This document shows positions 23,267-34,863 of a DNA stretch of 64,000 nt, piece after piece. A program made the position numbers and the translations under genes. A model generated the notes under the pieces. It was given only the letters and a program-made list of their open reading frames with translations. It searched no databases and had not been told where the DNA came from. Source of the DNA: Neoconidiobolus thromboides FSU 785 (lineage: Eukaryota > Fungi > Entomophthoromycota); NCBI GenBank assembly GCA_025603075.1, contig MU626375.1:1-64000 (forward strand). The letters are read 5' to 3'. Numbering within the stretch: the stretch's first letter is position 1; every line of letters begins with the position of its first letter.

Positions 23267-25519
23267 GGTGCTTTAATAATCCGATTTGTTAAAATTTACA
23301 CTCCTGACTAAAACTGTTGCTATTCTAGTATTTACAGCAGCTCAAGCGATATCAAACAAATATGTTAACTCATATAATATAACAAACCCAGGCTTTAAGC
23401 TATTTATTAAGATATTATTGAAATTGTATTAAAATCATATTAAGTGAACCTTAAAATGTTGTAGGTAGAGTGATATTTACAATTATTCATATTAAAGCTT
23501 ATAGTTTTTTTTTGAAATGAGCGGTGAAAATAAAAACAACAGTATCACTATTAAATAAGTAGTAGGGTCAATTCATCAAAAAAATTCATTTGAGCCTAAA
23601 ATTGTGACAACTATTAACACTGTAGAAAAAGATAGTTGTTCCCCAAAGTGGCATAATAAACATACATGCTGAAGCGTTTAAACTATTTAAAAGGATTAGC
23701 GGTGTCTTATACTACAGAGTTAATAAAGAGGAGCAACATGGCTGTTTAGGATATTGTAATTTAAATTTGCTGTATAATAATTTAAAGGGGATATCTATCT
23801 TAGTTAAAGTTTATATAGTTGATGTCGTTAATCCTTGGTTTAATGATAGTTAGCGTATTTATGTATGACTGAGGAGAAATCAAGGTGGTAATAAAAATTT
23901 GTTTTTTGGATACTCTTAATTGAAGTGTTAATGATAAATCAAGACAAAGCTTATATCAAAACCTCTAGAAACTTAATGTTACGAGTTAACATGAAGCACA
24001 TATAAATCGAGTTTAAATATGAGTAAAACAAAAACCTAAAAGTGTAGCATTTAAGAGTTTTGAATTCTTGACTTAAACTGTTGTAACATCATATTATTCT
24101 TTTGCAATTTTAGTTCCTTGTGACTTTGGATTTGATTTAATATAGTTTCCCTTATCTATTTCAAATCTTATCATGAACTTTCATATCTATTTGAATTATG
24201 TATCTTACTTACTTGTGATAAAAAAAAGCTAAATAAAAATCTTTTTTGAAATCTATTATATCCTATATTTCTTTACTTGAAGTTCCTGTCTTCCATTACT
24301 TTCATGGCAATTTTTGATTATGTAATAAACTCCCCTGTAATCCCCTAATATAAAATATAAAATCGATATTGATAGTAATTTAATTAAGGCAATAATAACA
24401 TGTTCAAGTAAAAAGCTTTAATTCAGGTCAAAAATTATAAGTATAGGTGAGTTTTTTAATGATAATGTATTTTGATTTAATCTTATATCTAGAGAAAATA
24501 TCACTATTTAGAAAGTCCAAATTACAAGTCGATTGATAACAATGTAGATTATGAATTGTATGATTTGTTGTTGAAGGTTTCTCTTACATCATTTTATATT
24601 AGAAATTTGGAGTCTCGTTTGATTGTTTCATCTTATATTGGTAAATTAGAATCTTTATTAGAGAATATTATTGATTCTATCAGTAGCCTTAAAATAATTT
24701 TACTAGATACCATATCATATATATCAATTAAACGATACGCTTTATAATGAATCTATATTAGTTATATATTCTAGGTTATTTACTTCTCTAAAGTCTGAAT
24801 TTAGTTATGTAGTTACCAAAAGCCTTATATTTGATGTTTTTTAATTCAAAGGCATCACAGGTATTGTGTTATTCAATTCCTAGTAAAAATTAAGTCAGGT
24901 ATCCATAGAAGTAGGTGGGAAACCAAATAATGAGCTGTCCTTAAGAGGATTAAGGAATGAGTTCACAATCTGGGTATCAGCACTGTTGAAAAGTTGAGAT
25001 AAAAGAGGTTTGGATAATCGGCTCCAGGGTAAGATAAAGAGGGTGATAGTTAGCTTTAACTCTAAGAAATTCGAGGTTTTTTATCCTGAATAAAGTGAGG
25101 TCAGAGGCGTAGATTTGGAATATGAAGATTAGTTTCAAGTGATCAGAAGCAGCAGACAAAATAGTTGAAAAGATTGTGGTGAAATAGATTGAAGGAAGGG
25201 TTTGCTTTCAAAAGATAGTTAAAATGCTAGGAAAGTCGACCAGCTTTTCAGAATAAGGAAGAGTCAAATAAAAGGAAGAGACCCAAGCATCATACCATAG
25301 CTTGGAAGGATTGGAGAGAAAAGTCTTCTTTTTCTTATTATTTGATGTTTATTTTAAGTTATTTTCAATCCTTTTAAAATCAACTAATTTGTAAGATATT
25401 ATGATATTATGGAATAGACTTTATTTAAATATGTGGATGCTTTGTGAATAAATCCACTTATTTTACAAAAAAGCAATATTTTAATTAAAATATTGTAGTA
25501 TAATTCTAGAATTTTTATT

Positions 25520-25626
25520 ATATGGGGATGTATTTTTATGTTTAAGAACTTTACTAACAAATTTTCCGCTCAAATAGCACTTAAAAGATAGAAAAAGTAA
25601 TGAGACCAAAAAAAACACCTCCATAT
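25520..25626 (+). mobile_element. MITE copy 7
   Basis: atatggggatgtatttttatg...aaaaaaaacacctccatat. Confidence 0.92.
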
Positions 25627-25705
25627 GAAGAATAGATAAAATAGATTATTTAAGAAAAAGTTAAACAAGGCCATTAATCATTTATTTTAATTATTAGTTA
25701 TAATA

Positions 25706-26606
25706 CTATATTTCATAATTAACACTTTTGATATTATGAAGGTTTTCCAGAAACCAGGTATCTATCGACACATCCATAGTGAATAAAGCCTTTAGTTTAT
25801 AACCAAAGTTTTTTTTGAAGATGACCATATGCCAAGGATTCTTAATAAAGTAACTGAATCTATTACTATTTTGGATTTTAATTTGGTTTTTATTTAATAC
25901 ATACTTGACATCAATATTACTATAGCAACTATTAGCATTTAAAGCTTTTATGATTTTTTGAGTTAATAGATCATAGTCCCACACTACCTCTTTTATTATA
26001 TTTATTCTTTTTAATTTTGCATCGGAATTTATATAACTTTTAATTGTTTGCTCTAATTCTTGTTCTGAATTATTATCTTCATTTGGATTATATATCTTAC
26101 CTTTTTTTGATATGAAAGAAGTTAAATCAAACTCTTTTTTGAAACCTACTACTTCTCGAACTTTTAATGATTGACGTTCTACTATTGTATTATTTTCAAA
26201 ATAAAACTCAGTTACACTATAACTTTCTTTACGATTTCCTAATAAAAAGTCTTGGTTAGCCAATTATGATCTTTTAACTAATATAAAGATATTTACCTCG
26301 TATACAAAGCTTTAATTCAGGCTTAACATTATAAGTGGTAATAAAATCTCTCAATAATGTAGCATCCTGATTTAATCTTTCATCCTGTGAAAATAGCCCA
26401 GTTTCAGAAATTTCAACTCGTAAGTTAGTTGGTAATAGAAGTTCTGTATTATTTAGTTCGTCATCATTGATTTCCCTTCTATTACTATTTAATGAATATT
26501 GAGGGGTATCTCTAACTACTTCATCATAAGTTGGTAATTCTGAGTATCTACTAGAACAAGCTGTCTGTCCTATGTTTAAGTTTAAGATGTTTTCGTTTGC
26601 TATCAT
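25706..26606 (-). CDS. Conserved fungal hypothetical protein with N-terminal PY-like motif; two exons (intron 26239-26296)
   Basis: The two track ORFs join via GT...ctaac...TAG to give ...KPELKLCIRG-NRKESYSV...VVGFKKEFDLTSFI; LPTY motif near the N-terminus. Confidence 0.7.
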
Positions 26607-27237
26607 TTTTTTAGTTAAAAAATAAATTTATACTGTTAGATTTTTATTACTTATATAGCCTAACCTTTTTTCTAAAGCATAGAGTTATTACATAGTTATT
26701 GAGATTTTATCATTTGATATTGATTTTAATTAGGCTTTAATAATTTAAGAGTGAAAGTAATTTTCTAAAATATCATCACGTTATAAACACTATTCAAAGT
26801 AGTTTTAATTTTAGAAATACTGTATTTAACTACTATCCGATTTGATTAGCTTTATTTCTTATTTTAATTTTATAGCATAAAACAACAACCAACACTTTAA
26901 AATAATTTCACGTTTTTAATTGAGAAAGTACTTTTTAAAAATAAAAAAAGTAGAAAAAAGTAAAAAAGAAATCAGATAGTAAAAACAATTTAAAGTATAT
27001 AATAATATATCCTTTATTTAAAAGTTACATTATAGAATAAAAAATTTGTTGGTAGTTAAAAAAAACAATATAAAATTTTCTCAAAGTTTATTAAAGCCTA
27101 TTAGTTAAAAATCAAGTAAAGTTTAAATATTAGTTTAAGTTTTATTTATAATATTTTATTAATTTTATAAAAATCCATTATATTACTTTTATATTTTTTA
27201 TTGTATATTAAATTTATAACTTTTTAAAAACTTAGAA

Positions 27238-27344
27238 ATATAAAGATATTTTTCTTAATTTTATCACTTTCTCTATTTTTAAGTACTATTTGAATAAAAA
27301 AATTATTAAAAAAATTTTCAAATGAAAAAATATACAACTGTATA
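27238..27344 (-). mobile_element. MITE copy 8, heavily G>A/C>T-eroded
   Basis: atataaagatatttttcttaattttatcactttctctatttttaagtactatttgaataaaaaaattattaaaaaaatttt... is collinear with the consensus. Confidence 0.65.
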
Positions 27345-27522
27345 CTTTTTTATTAGCTAATTACAAATTACAATTTAAAACTAATAAATACATAAAATTA
27401 TATAATAGATATAGATAAGTTTAAAGCTTTAATTTTAACTAAAAATAAGATTTATTTATTTGTTTTTTACTTAATATAAGATCTTAAACTTTTTTTAAGT
27501 ACTTGATAAAAAGAACATTACT

Positions 27523-27627
27523 ACATGGGGGTGTTTTTTTTGACCTCATTACTTTTTCCATCTTTTAAACGCCATTTGAGTGGAAAGATTGTAGTAAAAT
27601 CTTAAACAAAAAAACACATCCCCATAT
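27523..27627 (-). mobile_element. MITE copy 9
   Basis: acatgggggtgttttttttgacctcattac...aaacacatccccatat. Confidence 0.92.
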
Positions 27628-27816
27628 TATCAAAAAGGCTTAGTGGTTTTATTAAAAGTATAGCATCAATAAATAATTTAATAAAAAAGCTTTAAGTTGT
27701 CATACTAGTTTTTTTCATATTTTGATTAAATGTAAATATTAAAATAAAGAGATAAGGTCTTTTGCGATTAGATGATAAATATTTTTGTAGAAATCGAAAA
27801 AAATTCTGAATTAACT

Positions 27817-28390
27817 ATATGGGAGTGCTTTCTTTAACTTCTGTGAAATCTGGTACTCAGTGTTTGGAGTCAAGAACAGCTATTGCTGGATTGACTACAC
27901 TATAAGTCGAAAGGTTTTAGTTTATGTGACTAAGATAGACTTGGATTATGAGAAATAACACGTAATAGGTTACAAACTATATAAGACAAATAGAATAGAC
28001 AATACTAATGTAAATCTACGTAAAATATTATTAAGTTTTCTTAATGGCTTTATTAAATGTTCGAGATATCAAGGAACAATTCATTTAAAAAGCCTCGAAC
28101 TACTATACTCTGTAAACTCTTTTATACTCTGAAAAGTATAAATATCAAAATGAGAAGATAATATTCTTTGGGATGGAGCTAGAAATTCTCATAGCAAATC
28201 AAACTAAGAACGTGGGATTGATTTTCTCTGAACTCGAGAACACAACAGCTTAGGCGATTGTTATTCTATAATTAACCATGGGACTGACAAAGCGATATTT
28301 CACACTTCTTTATTTTTTCCATCTTTTAAGCGCTATTTGAGCGGAAGATTTGTTAGTAAAATTCTTAAACACAAAAGCACATCCTCATAT
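27817..28390 (-). mobile_element. MITE copy 10, split by a 463-bp insertion
   Basis: Left part atatgggagtgctttctttaacttc (27817-27841); right part cttctttattttttccatc...cacatcctcatat (28305-28390). Confidence 0.88.
27842..28304. mobile_element. Solo-LTR-like insertion (463 bp) with 4-bp TSD
   Basis: Begins TGTGAAAT and ends ATTTCACA (8-bp inverted termini, TG...CA). Flanked by CTTC at 27838-27841 and 28305-28308. Internal TATAAATA near 28137; no ORF. Confidence 0.8.
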
Positions 28391-28524
28391 TGTGTAAATC
28401 ATAATCAAGTTGCAAAATTGTAACTAATTTTATAAGCAAGTTAGATGATTGTTATATTATGACTAATCATAGAGCTGATAAAGTAGTATTCCATATTTAT
28501 AATAATAAAGGAATTATTAGAAAC

Positions 28525-28630
28525 ATATGGGGATGTATTTTTGTATTTAAGAATTTTACCAACAAATTTTCCACTCGAACAGCGCTTAAAAGATGGAAAA
28601 AATAATGAAGTAAAAAAAACACTCCCATAT
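28525..28630 (+). mobile_element. MITE copy 11
   Basis: atatggggatgtatttttgtatttaag...aaaaaaaacactcccatat. Confidence 0.93.
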
Positions 28631-28968
28631 TAAATATCATACTTATAAATATTTTTACTAAAAGTTTTTATATCTTTATTAAATAAGCTATTAGATAAAA
28701 TAGAAACTATAGTTTCATATACCTCAATATCAACAATTAAATTTTGCATAAAAAAAGTAAATATGTAAATATGTATTTTATCTAATTTAAATGCTATTAT
28801 AATTTCAATTTGGACAAATAAATAACATACACACGTTCATAAAAACCATACAAATTTAATTTTTTTTATAAATGGGCCAATAATAAAATTTAATATCATC
28901 CAATTATTGAACAAAATATCCTGTTTTCACCTAACTGACTACAGTTTAATATTTAATGTATATACTAG

Positions 28969-29014
28969 ACTTTGCTATAGCATGTTATTGGCCAATAACA
29001 TGCTATAGCAAAGT
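28969..29014. repeat. Perfect 46-bp spacerless palindrome
   Basis: ACTTTGCTATAGCATGTTATTGG|CCAATAACATGCTATAGCAAAGT. Confidence 0.95.
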
Positions 29015-29501
29015 TCAATCATTGAATAAAATACTCATCTTTATCTAGATAATTACAACTTAATACTTAGAGTGAATATTAAAGATTATTCCCAAATTAT
29101 TAATAATGTAGTATAATACCATTTTTATATGTAAGAATATCAATTCTAAAAATCAAGAGCTTTATTGTCTCAAAGCTAGTCTCAGTTATTTGGAGAGTAT
29201 CACTAATGGCTACACATCCGTTATGGAAATTCATAGTTTTAAACCTATTGGCTCAAAATCAAGAACATTTGAGTTGTGGCGATGTTGGTATGAAGATTTT
29301 CATCCTTTTTTTGACTGTTATCATAACAAATATTTGCAAATTTTGTAAGCTTTGGGATTCCTTAAAGATTCTACTACTAGCTCTGACTTTTGAATAAAGG
29401 GCTTTACTTTTTTAGGAGATTCTTATAAAACATTACGAGTTTATTTGCTTGCCATTTGCTAAATCCTTGGCCTGGATCTTCCACCTTACTTTTTACCTTC
29501 T

Positions 29502-29598
29502 GTATGGAAATGTATTTTCTGTTTGAGAATTTTACTAATAATCTTTCCACTCAAATAGCGTTTGAGAGATGGAAAAAGTATTGAAACAAAAAAAACAT
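29502..29598 (+). mobile_element. MITE copy 12 (left arm of inverted dimer; right terminus truncated)
   Basis: gtatggaaatgtattttctgtttgagaattttactaat...gaaacaaaaaaaacat. Confidence 0.87.
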
Positions 29599-29704
29599 AT
29601 ATGGAGATGTTTTTTTAACTTCATTACTTTTTTCCTCTTTTAAGCACTGTTTGAGTGGAAAGATTATTAGTAAAATTCTTAAACAAAAAAATACATACCC
29701 ATAT
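29599..29704 (-). mobile_element. MITE copy 13 (right arm of inverted dimer)
   Basis: atatggagatgtttttttaacttcattac...aatacatacccatat. Confidence 0.9.
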
Positions 29705-29981
29705 ATTGATTTAACTGCTTCTACAACGCCGGTTCCAGTTTTCTTTTTTGAATGAGCTTCTTTGGTGAAAAGAAAGGATAAATACGCTTTGAATATAGCA
29801 AACATAATCTCTAAAGATTCGGAAAGGTCAGTTTTTTCATATTTCTTCGTAATGTCCTTAAACATCATTTATCTGTTGATATAAACTAGCACCCTTTTTT
29901 TGAAGTAAAATACTGTTATTCCGATAAAAATTTAATGTCTATAAAAAAAGTCAAATGCTTTGAATAATGACTAAAGTTTAA

Positions 29982-30084
29982 ATAAGGATATGTTTTTTTG
30001 TTTAAGAACCTTATTAATAATCTTTCTGTTCAAATAGCACTTAAAAATAGAAAAATAATGAAGCCAAAAAAAACATCTCCAAAT
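29982..30084 (+). mobile_element. MITE copy 14 (diverged)
   Basis: ataaggatatgtttttttgtttaagaacc...aagccaaaaaaaacatctccaaat. Confidence 0.85.
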
Positions 30085-30745
30085 GCTGAAACATTAATCA
30101 AATCGCCTCTATTTTACAAAGCCTGATACTATAATCGAATAAGATTTAATATAAGTTAAATGCATTTTATATTCATTTTAAATATACAAGTAATTGAATT
30201 TCTTCCTCAAAAGCCTCGTTTCATTAAGGGTTTCCTTATTTTTTTATTTTCTAAAATAAAGTATGGTTTCTAATCCTATTACTCATTTTAATTTAATTAA
30301 CTTAGTTAAAGCATATTGTTTTCCTTATACTTGTTTAGGAAGAATTTAAAACTTATTGTTATTTTTGATGAAGGATTGGGCTTATCTTACCTTAAAATAT
30401 ACCAACTTATCAATTGGTAGGCCACTGTACTTAAAGAACTCGGAGCCGTTATGACTTATATATAGTACCGTCATCTCATCATTAGATTTTGAGAGTGACT
30501 TAAAGGAAATGGGGTTTAGTGGGACGTTAGTTTATTTCAGTCCAAATGTTTTAAATCATCGACCTAATTTAATTAATGAACTCAAAATCGATAATGACAT
30601 TTAAAGAGTAATTATATTTTATATACATTTAATTAAAAGATATTCCTATAATCCATTTTTTAAGTGAATTATTTCACTATCCAATTTGGTAAATTAGGCT
30701 TCAAAATAGTTTAGCTATAGCGAATTAAAATCGATATTGAGCAAA

Positions 30746-30753
30746 ACGCGAAA
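30746..30753 (+). promoter_or_regulatory. Candidate SCB/MCB-like G1/S element upstream of POL3
   Basis: ACGCGAAA lies ~127 bp upstream of the POL3 ATG; CGCG is very rare in this CpG-poor window. Confidence 0.45.
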
Positions 30754-30879
30754 ATAAGCCAATTAAATAGCTAGAATTTCGCATTTTTCTTTATTTAAAA
30801 TGGAATGCTATGATGGGATGAGATTATTAATTTAAATTTTAATAACTTTTTGACCAAATATTCTTTTTGTTCAAAAAAA

Positions 30880-33800
30880 ATGTCCAAAAGAAATAAATCA
30901 CAATCAAAAAGTAGGGTAGAGATACCAGCAAAAAAGAATAGAATTGATTGGGAAGAAAATGTTATTGAAGATTGTTTAGAAGGTAGCTCAAATAATTTAG
31001 CTACTGTTATTTCTTGTTTAGATATTAAAAGTACACTTATAGGTTGGAAACGCAAGCCTGCTAAAAAAATCAATGAAGAAGAAGATTTTAGTAAGTGAAT
31101 TACTATATGATTTATGAGGAATAAGAGTTAATTGATTTTTTTAAAAGCCTTTCAACAATTACAAATTGATGAAGCTAGTGATGATAAAGATTCAAAGAAA
31201 CATTTAATTCGAATGTATGGAATTACTAAGGTAAAGTATTATTACTATTTAAATGAAACACATTAATTAGTTTAAAATTTTATTAGGAAGGAAACTCTGT
31301 ACTTTGTAAAGTTCGAAATTTTTTACCATATCTTTATTTTCCTGCGCCCATTGGTATGAAATCAGAAGATTTACCCGAATGCAAAAAAGCATTAGAAGTA
31401 ATAATTAAAAATAGATCAATTATATTTTAATAATAATAATAATAGACTGGATTAAATGATTTCAATAGTGTATATTCCGTTGAAATAGTATATAAAAAAA
31501 GTATTATGCATTATTATTCAGAAGGCAATCATGGATTTATTAAAGTAACTTTAATGCATCAAAGATTTATTAGTAAAGTTAGAGCATTACTTGGTAATAA
31601 TTCAACTGGTTTACAATTTAACAAATATCAAATCTTTAATACCAATACCTTTGAAAGTGGGATTGAATATTTATTAAGATTTATGATTGATCAAAAAGTA
31701 AGTCATTGTTGAGTCATTATTATATGTTTTTACTTAATTATCACTATAATTGTTAGGTATCTGGTGGTAATTGGATTACCTTACCCAAAGGTAAATATAA
31801 GATTGAGAACGAAAATAGTAAAATATCAACATGTCAATATGAATTAAATGTGAATTATAATAATTTCATCTCCCATTTACCAGAGAATGAATGGAGTGAT
31901 ATAGCACCCTTAAGAGTATTAAGTTTTGATATTGAATGTAAAGGAAGAAAAGGAGTATTTCCAGAAGCTAAAATTGATCCAGTAATTCAAATTGGAAATA
32001 TCATAAAAAGACAAGGAGAATTAGAACCTTTTATCAGTGTTATATTTTGTTTAAAACAATGTGCTCCAATTGCTGGTTCTCAAGTATTATCTTTTGAAGA
32101 TGAAAGAAGTTTATTATTAGCTTGGTCTAAATTTATAAATATTTCTGATCCTGATTTAATTATTGGTTATAATACAAGTAATTTTGATTTTACTTATCTG
32201 TTAGAAAGAGCACAAGCATTAGATATTGAAGATTTTCCTTATTTTGGTCGAATTATTAATAGAAAAAGTGTAGCTGAAAACTCACATTTTAGTTCAAAAG
32301 CCTATGGTAGTAGAGATACTAAAGTAATTAATATTGAAGGTAGATTGCAATTAGATATGTTACAAGTCATGAATCGAGAATATAAATTAAGATCTTATTC
32401 TTTAAATTCAGTATCAGAACATTTTTTGAAAGAAACAAAAGAAGATGTTCATTATTCAATAATATCGGAATTACAAGAAGATTCGGCAGAAACTAGAAGG
32501 AGATTAGCCGTATATTGTTTAAAAGATGCATATTTACCATTAAGGTTGATGGATAAATTAATGGTATTTATTAATTATTTAGAAATGGCAAGAGTAACTG
32601 GTGTACCATTTGGTTATATATTAACACGTGGACAACAAATTAAAGTGGTTTCTCAATTATATCGTAAAGCTAATGAAAAAGGATATTTAATACCATTTAA
32701 AGATAGTAATGGACCAGCCGAAGATTATGAAGGTGCAACTGTTATTGATCCACAAAAGGGATATTATAAAGAACCAATTGCCACTTTAGATTTTGCTTCC
32801 TTATATCCTTCTATTATGATGGCTCATAATTTATGTTATTCTACATTAATAATAGATAAATCAATAGTTGATAAACAAAAACTAATTGTAAATGAAGACT
32901 ACATATTAACTCCTAATAATATGTTATTTATTAAAAATAGTAAAAGAAAAGGGATTTTACCAATCATATTAGAAGAATTAATACAAGCACGTAAAATTGC
33001 TAAAAGAGATTTAAAAAAAGAAACGGATCCATTCAAAAGAGCTGTATTAGATGGTAGACAATTAGCCTTAAAAATAACTGCAAATTCTGTTTATGGGTTT
33101 ACAGGTGCTTCCAATGGTAAATTACCTTGTTTAGATATATCAGCTACTGTTACTGCTTATGGACGATCTATGATTAATGAAACAGCTGCTTTAGTAAAAA
33201 AGAAGTTTCCAGAAAGTAATGTTATTTATGGAGATACTGATTCTGTTATGGTAGATTTTAAAGTAACCAATATAGCCGAAGCTATGGAACTTGGTAAACA
33301 AGCAGCAGAATATGTATCATCTCATTTTATCAAACCAATTTCGCTTGAATTTGAAAAAGTATACTGTCCTTATTTATTAATTAATAAAAAAAGATATGCA
33401 GGTGTTTATTGGTCTAATCCAAATCATTATGATAAATTAGATGCTAAAGGTATTGAAACTGTAAGAAGAGATTCTTGTCAATTAGTATCTACTCTAATTG
33501 GTAATTGTTTAAATAAAGCTATGATTGATAGAGATGTACAAGGAGCAGTAAAGTAAGTTTATTTATTTATTTATAATAATAATAAAGTATTTTTTATTAA
33601 TATATTTCTATTTAGTTATGCTAAACAAGCCATTTCAGATTTATTAAAAAATAAAATTGATATGTCACTATTAGTAATTACCAAAACATTATCAAAAACG
33701 GATTATGTAAATGCTCAACCGCACGAAGAATTAGCTAAAAAAATGAGAATTAGAGATTCAGGTAAATTTAACATAATTAATAATAAAAGTATCAATTAAA

Positions 33801-34441
33801 TTTTATTTAGGATCTGCTCCCACTTTAGGAGATCGAGTAGCCTATGTTATAGTAGAAGGAGAAAAAGGCAGTAATATTAGTGATCGTAGTGAAGATCCAC
33901 TTTATGTCTTAGAACAAGGTTTAACAATCGATTCTAATTTTTATATGGAAAATCAAATTAAAAAACCATTATTAAGAATCTTTGAACCCATTTTGGGAGA
34001 ACAGAAAGCAAATGAAATTTTTTTAGGAGAACATACAAGAGACGTTGTTAAAAGATCCAAAATTGATGGCTTATTTGGAAAGTTTATAACCAAAAAAAAC
34101 ACATGCTTAAGTTGTAAAAAAGAAGTAGGAAAAGACAATAAAGCTACTTGTGAGGGGTGTAAAGAGAAAGTACCAGACATTTATCAAGAAGAAGTACATA
34201 TTATTATTTTAGTTACTTATTTAATATAATTAATTTGTTTTCTTAATAGATACGTAAATCTCATGAATTACAAATAAGACATTCACGACTTTGGACTGAA
34301 TGTCAACGATGTAAAGGTTCTTTATTAACTGAAATTCAATGTGCTTCTTCAGATTGTCCTATATTTTATATGCGTACAAAAGCAACAAAAGATGTTAAAA
34401 AATCCCTTGAAACATTAGATCGATTTGATTATGAGTGGTAA
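30880..34441 (+). CDS. POL3: DNA polymerase delta catalytic subunit (7 predicted introns)
   Basis: ExoI SFDIEC, Exo[10 protein letters not shown], ExoIII YCLKDA; polymerase [34 protein letters not shown]; C-terminal CysA (CLSC...CEGC) and CysB (CQRC...C...CPIFY). Exons joined manually by GT-AG introns. Confidence 0.96.
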
Positions 34442-34863
34442 AAAAAACAAAATGTAAAGGAAGAAGAATATTTTGAAGTAAAATTTAAGTTTATTATGCT
34501 TCTATTTTTTGAATTTTTTGAGTTTTATTTATAATAATTATAATAAATTATGAATTTGTTTAAAGTTTTGTAAAGTAGTAGATAAAAGTGATTTAAAGGG
34601 TTTTATTATAATTCTGAAATATTATTAAATAGACTATAAAGGAATAAAAAGAATAAAGAAATAGAATTGTAAAATAGTTAAATAATTATAATAATATGGT
34701 TTTAATTTTTATTGAGCATAAAAAATTAACACTTTTTTTGGTAATAAAACTTCCACCTAAAAATTTTAAAGTTAGGTTATTTTTATTTTTATTTTTATTT
34801 TTACTTTTATCTTCTTTTATCTTTTATGAAAAAAATCAAATCAATTTTTTAAAACAAACAATA

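Noticed and set aside
24440-24760. Leu/Ile-rich reading frame (track ORF 24556-24747) with an upstream GT-AG pair
   Set aside because: Could be an LRR/F-box relic, but no recognisable motif is present
29551-29868. Track ORF of 105 aa (minus strand)
   Set aside because: More than half is read-through of the inverted MITE dimer; excising the dimer with one TSD gives an early stop
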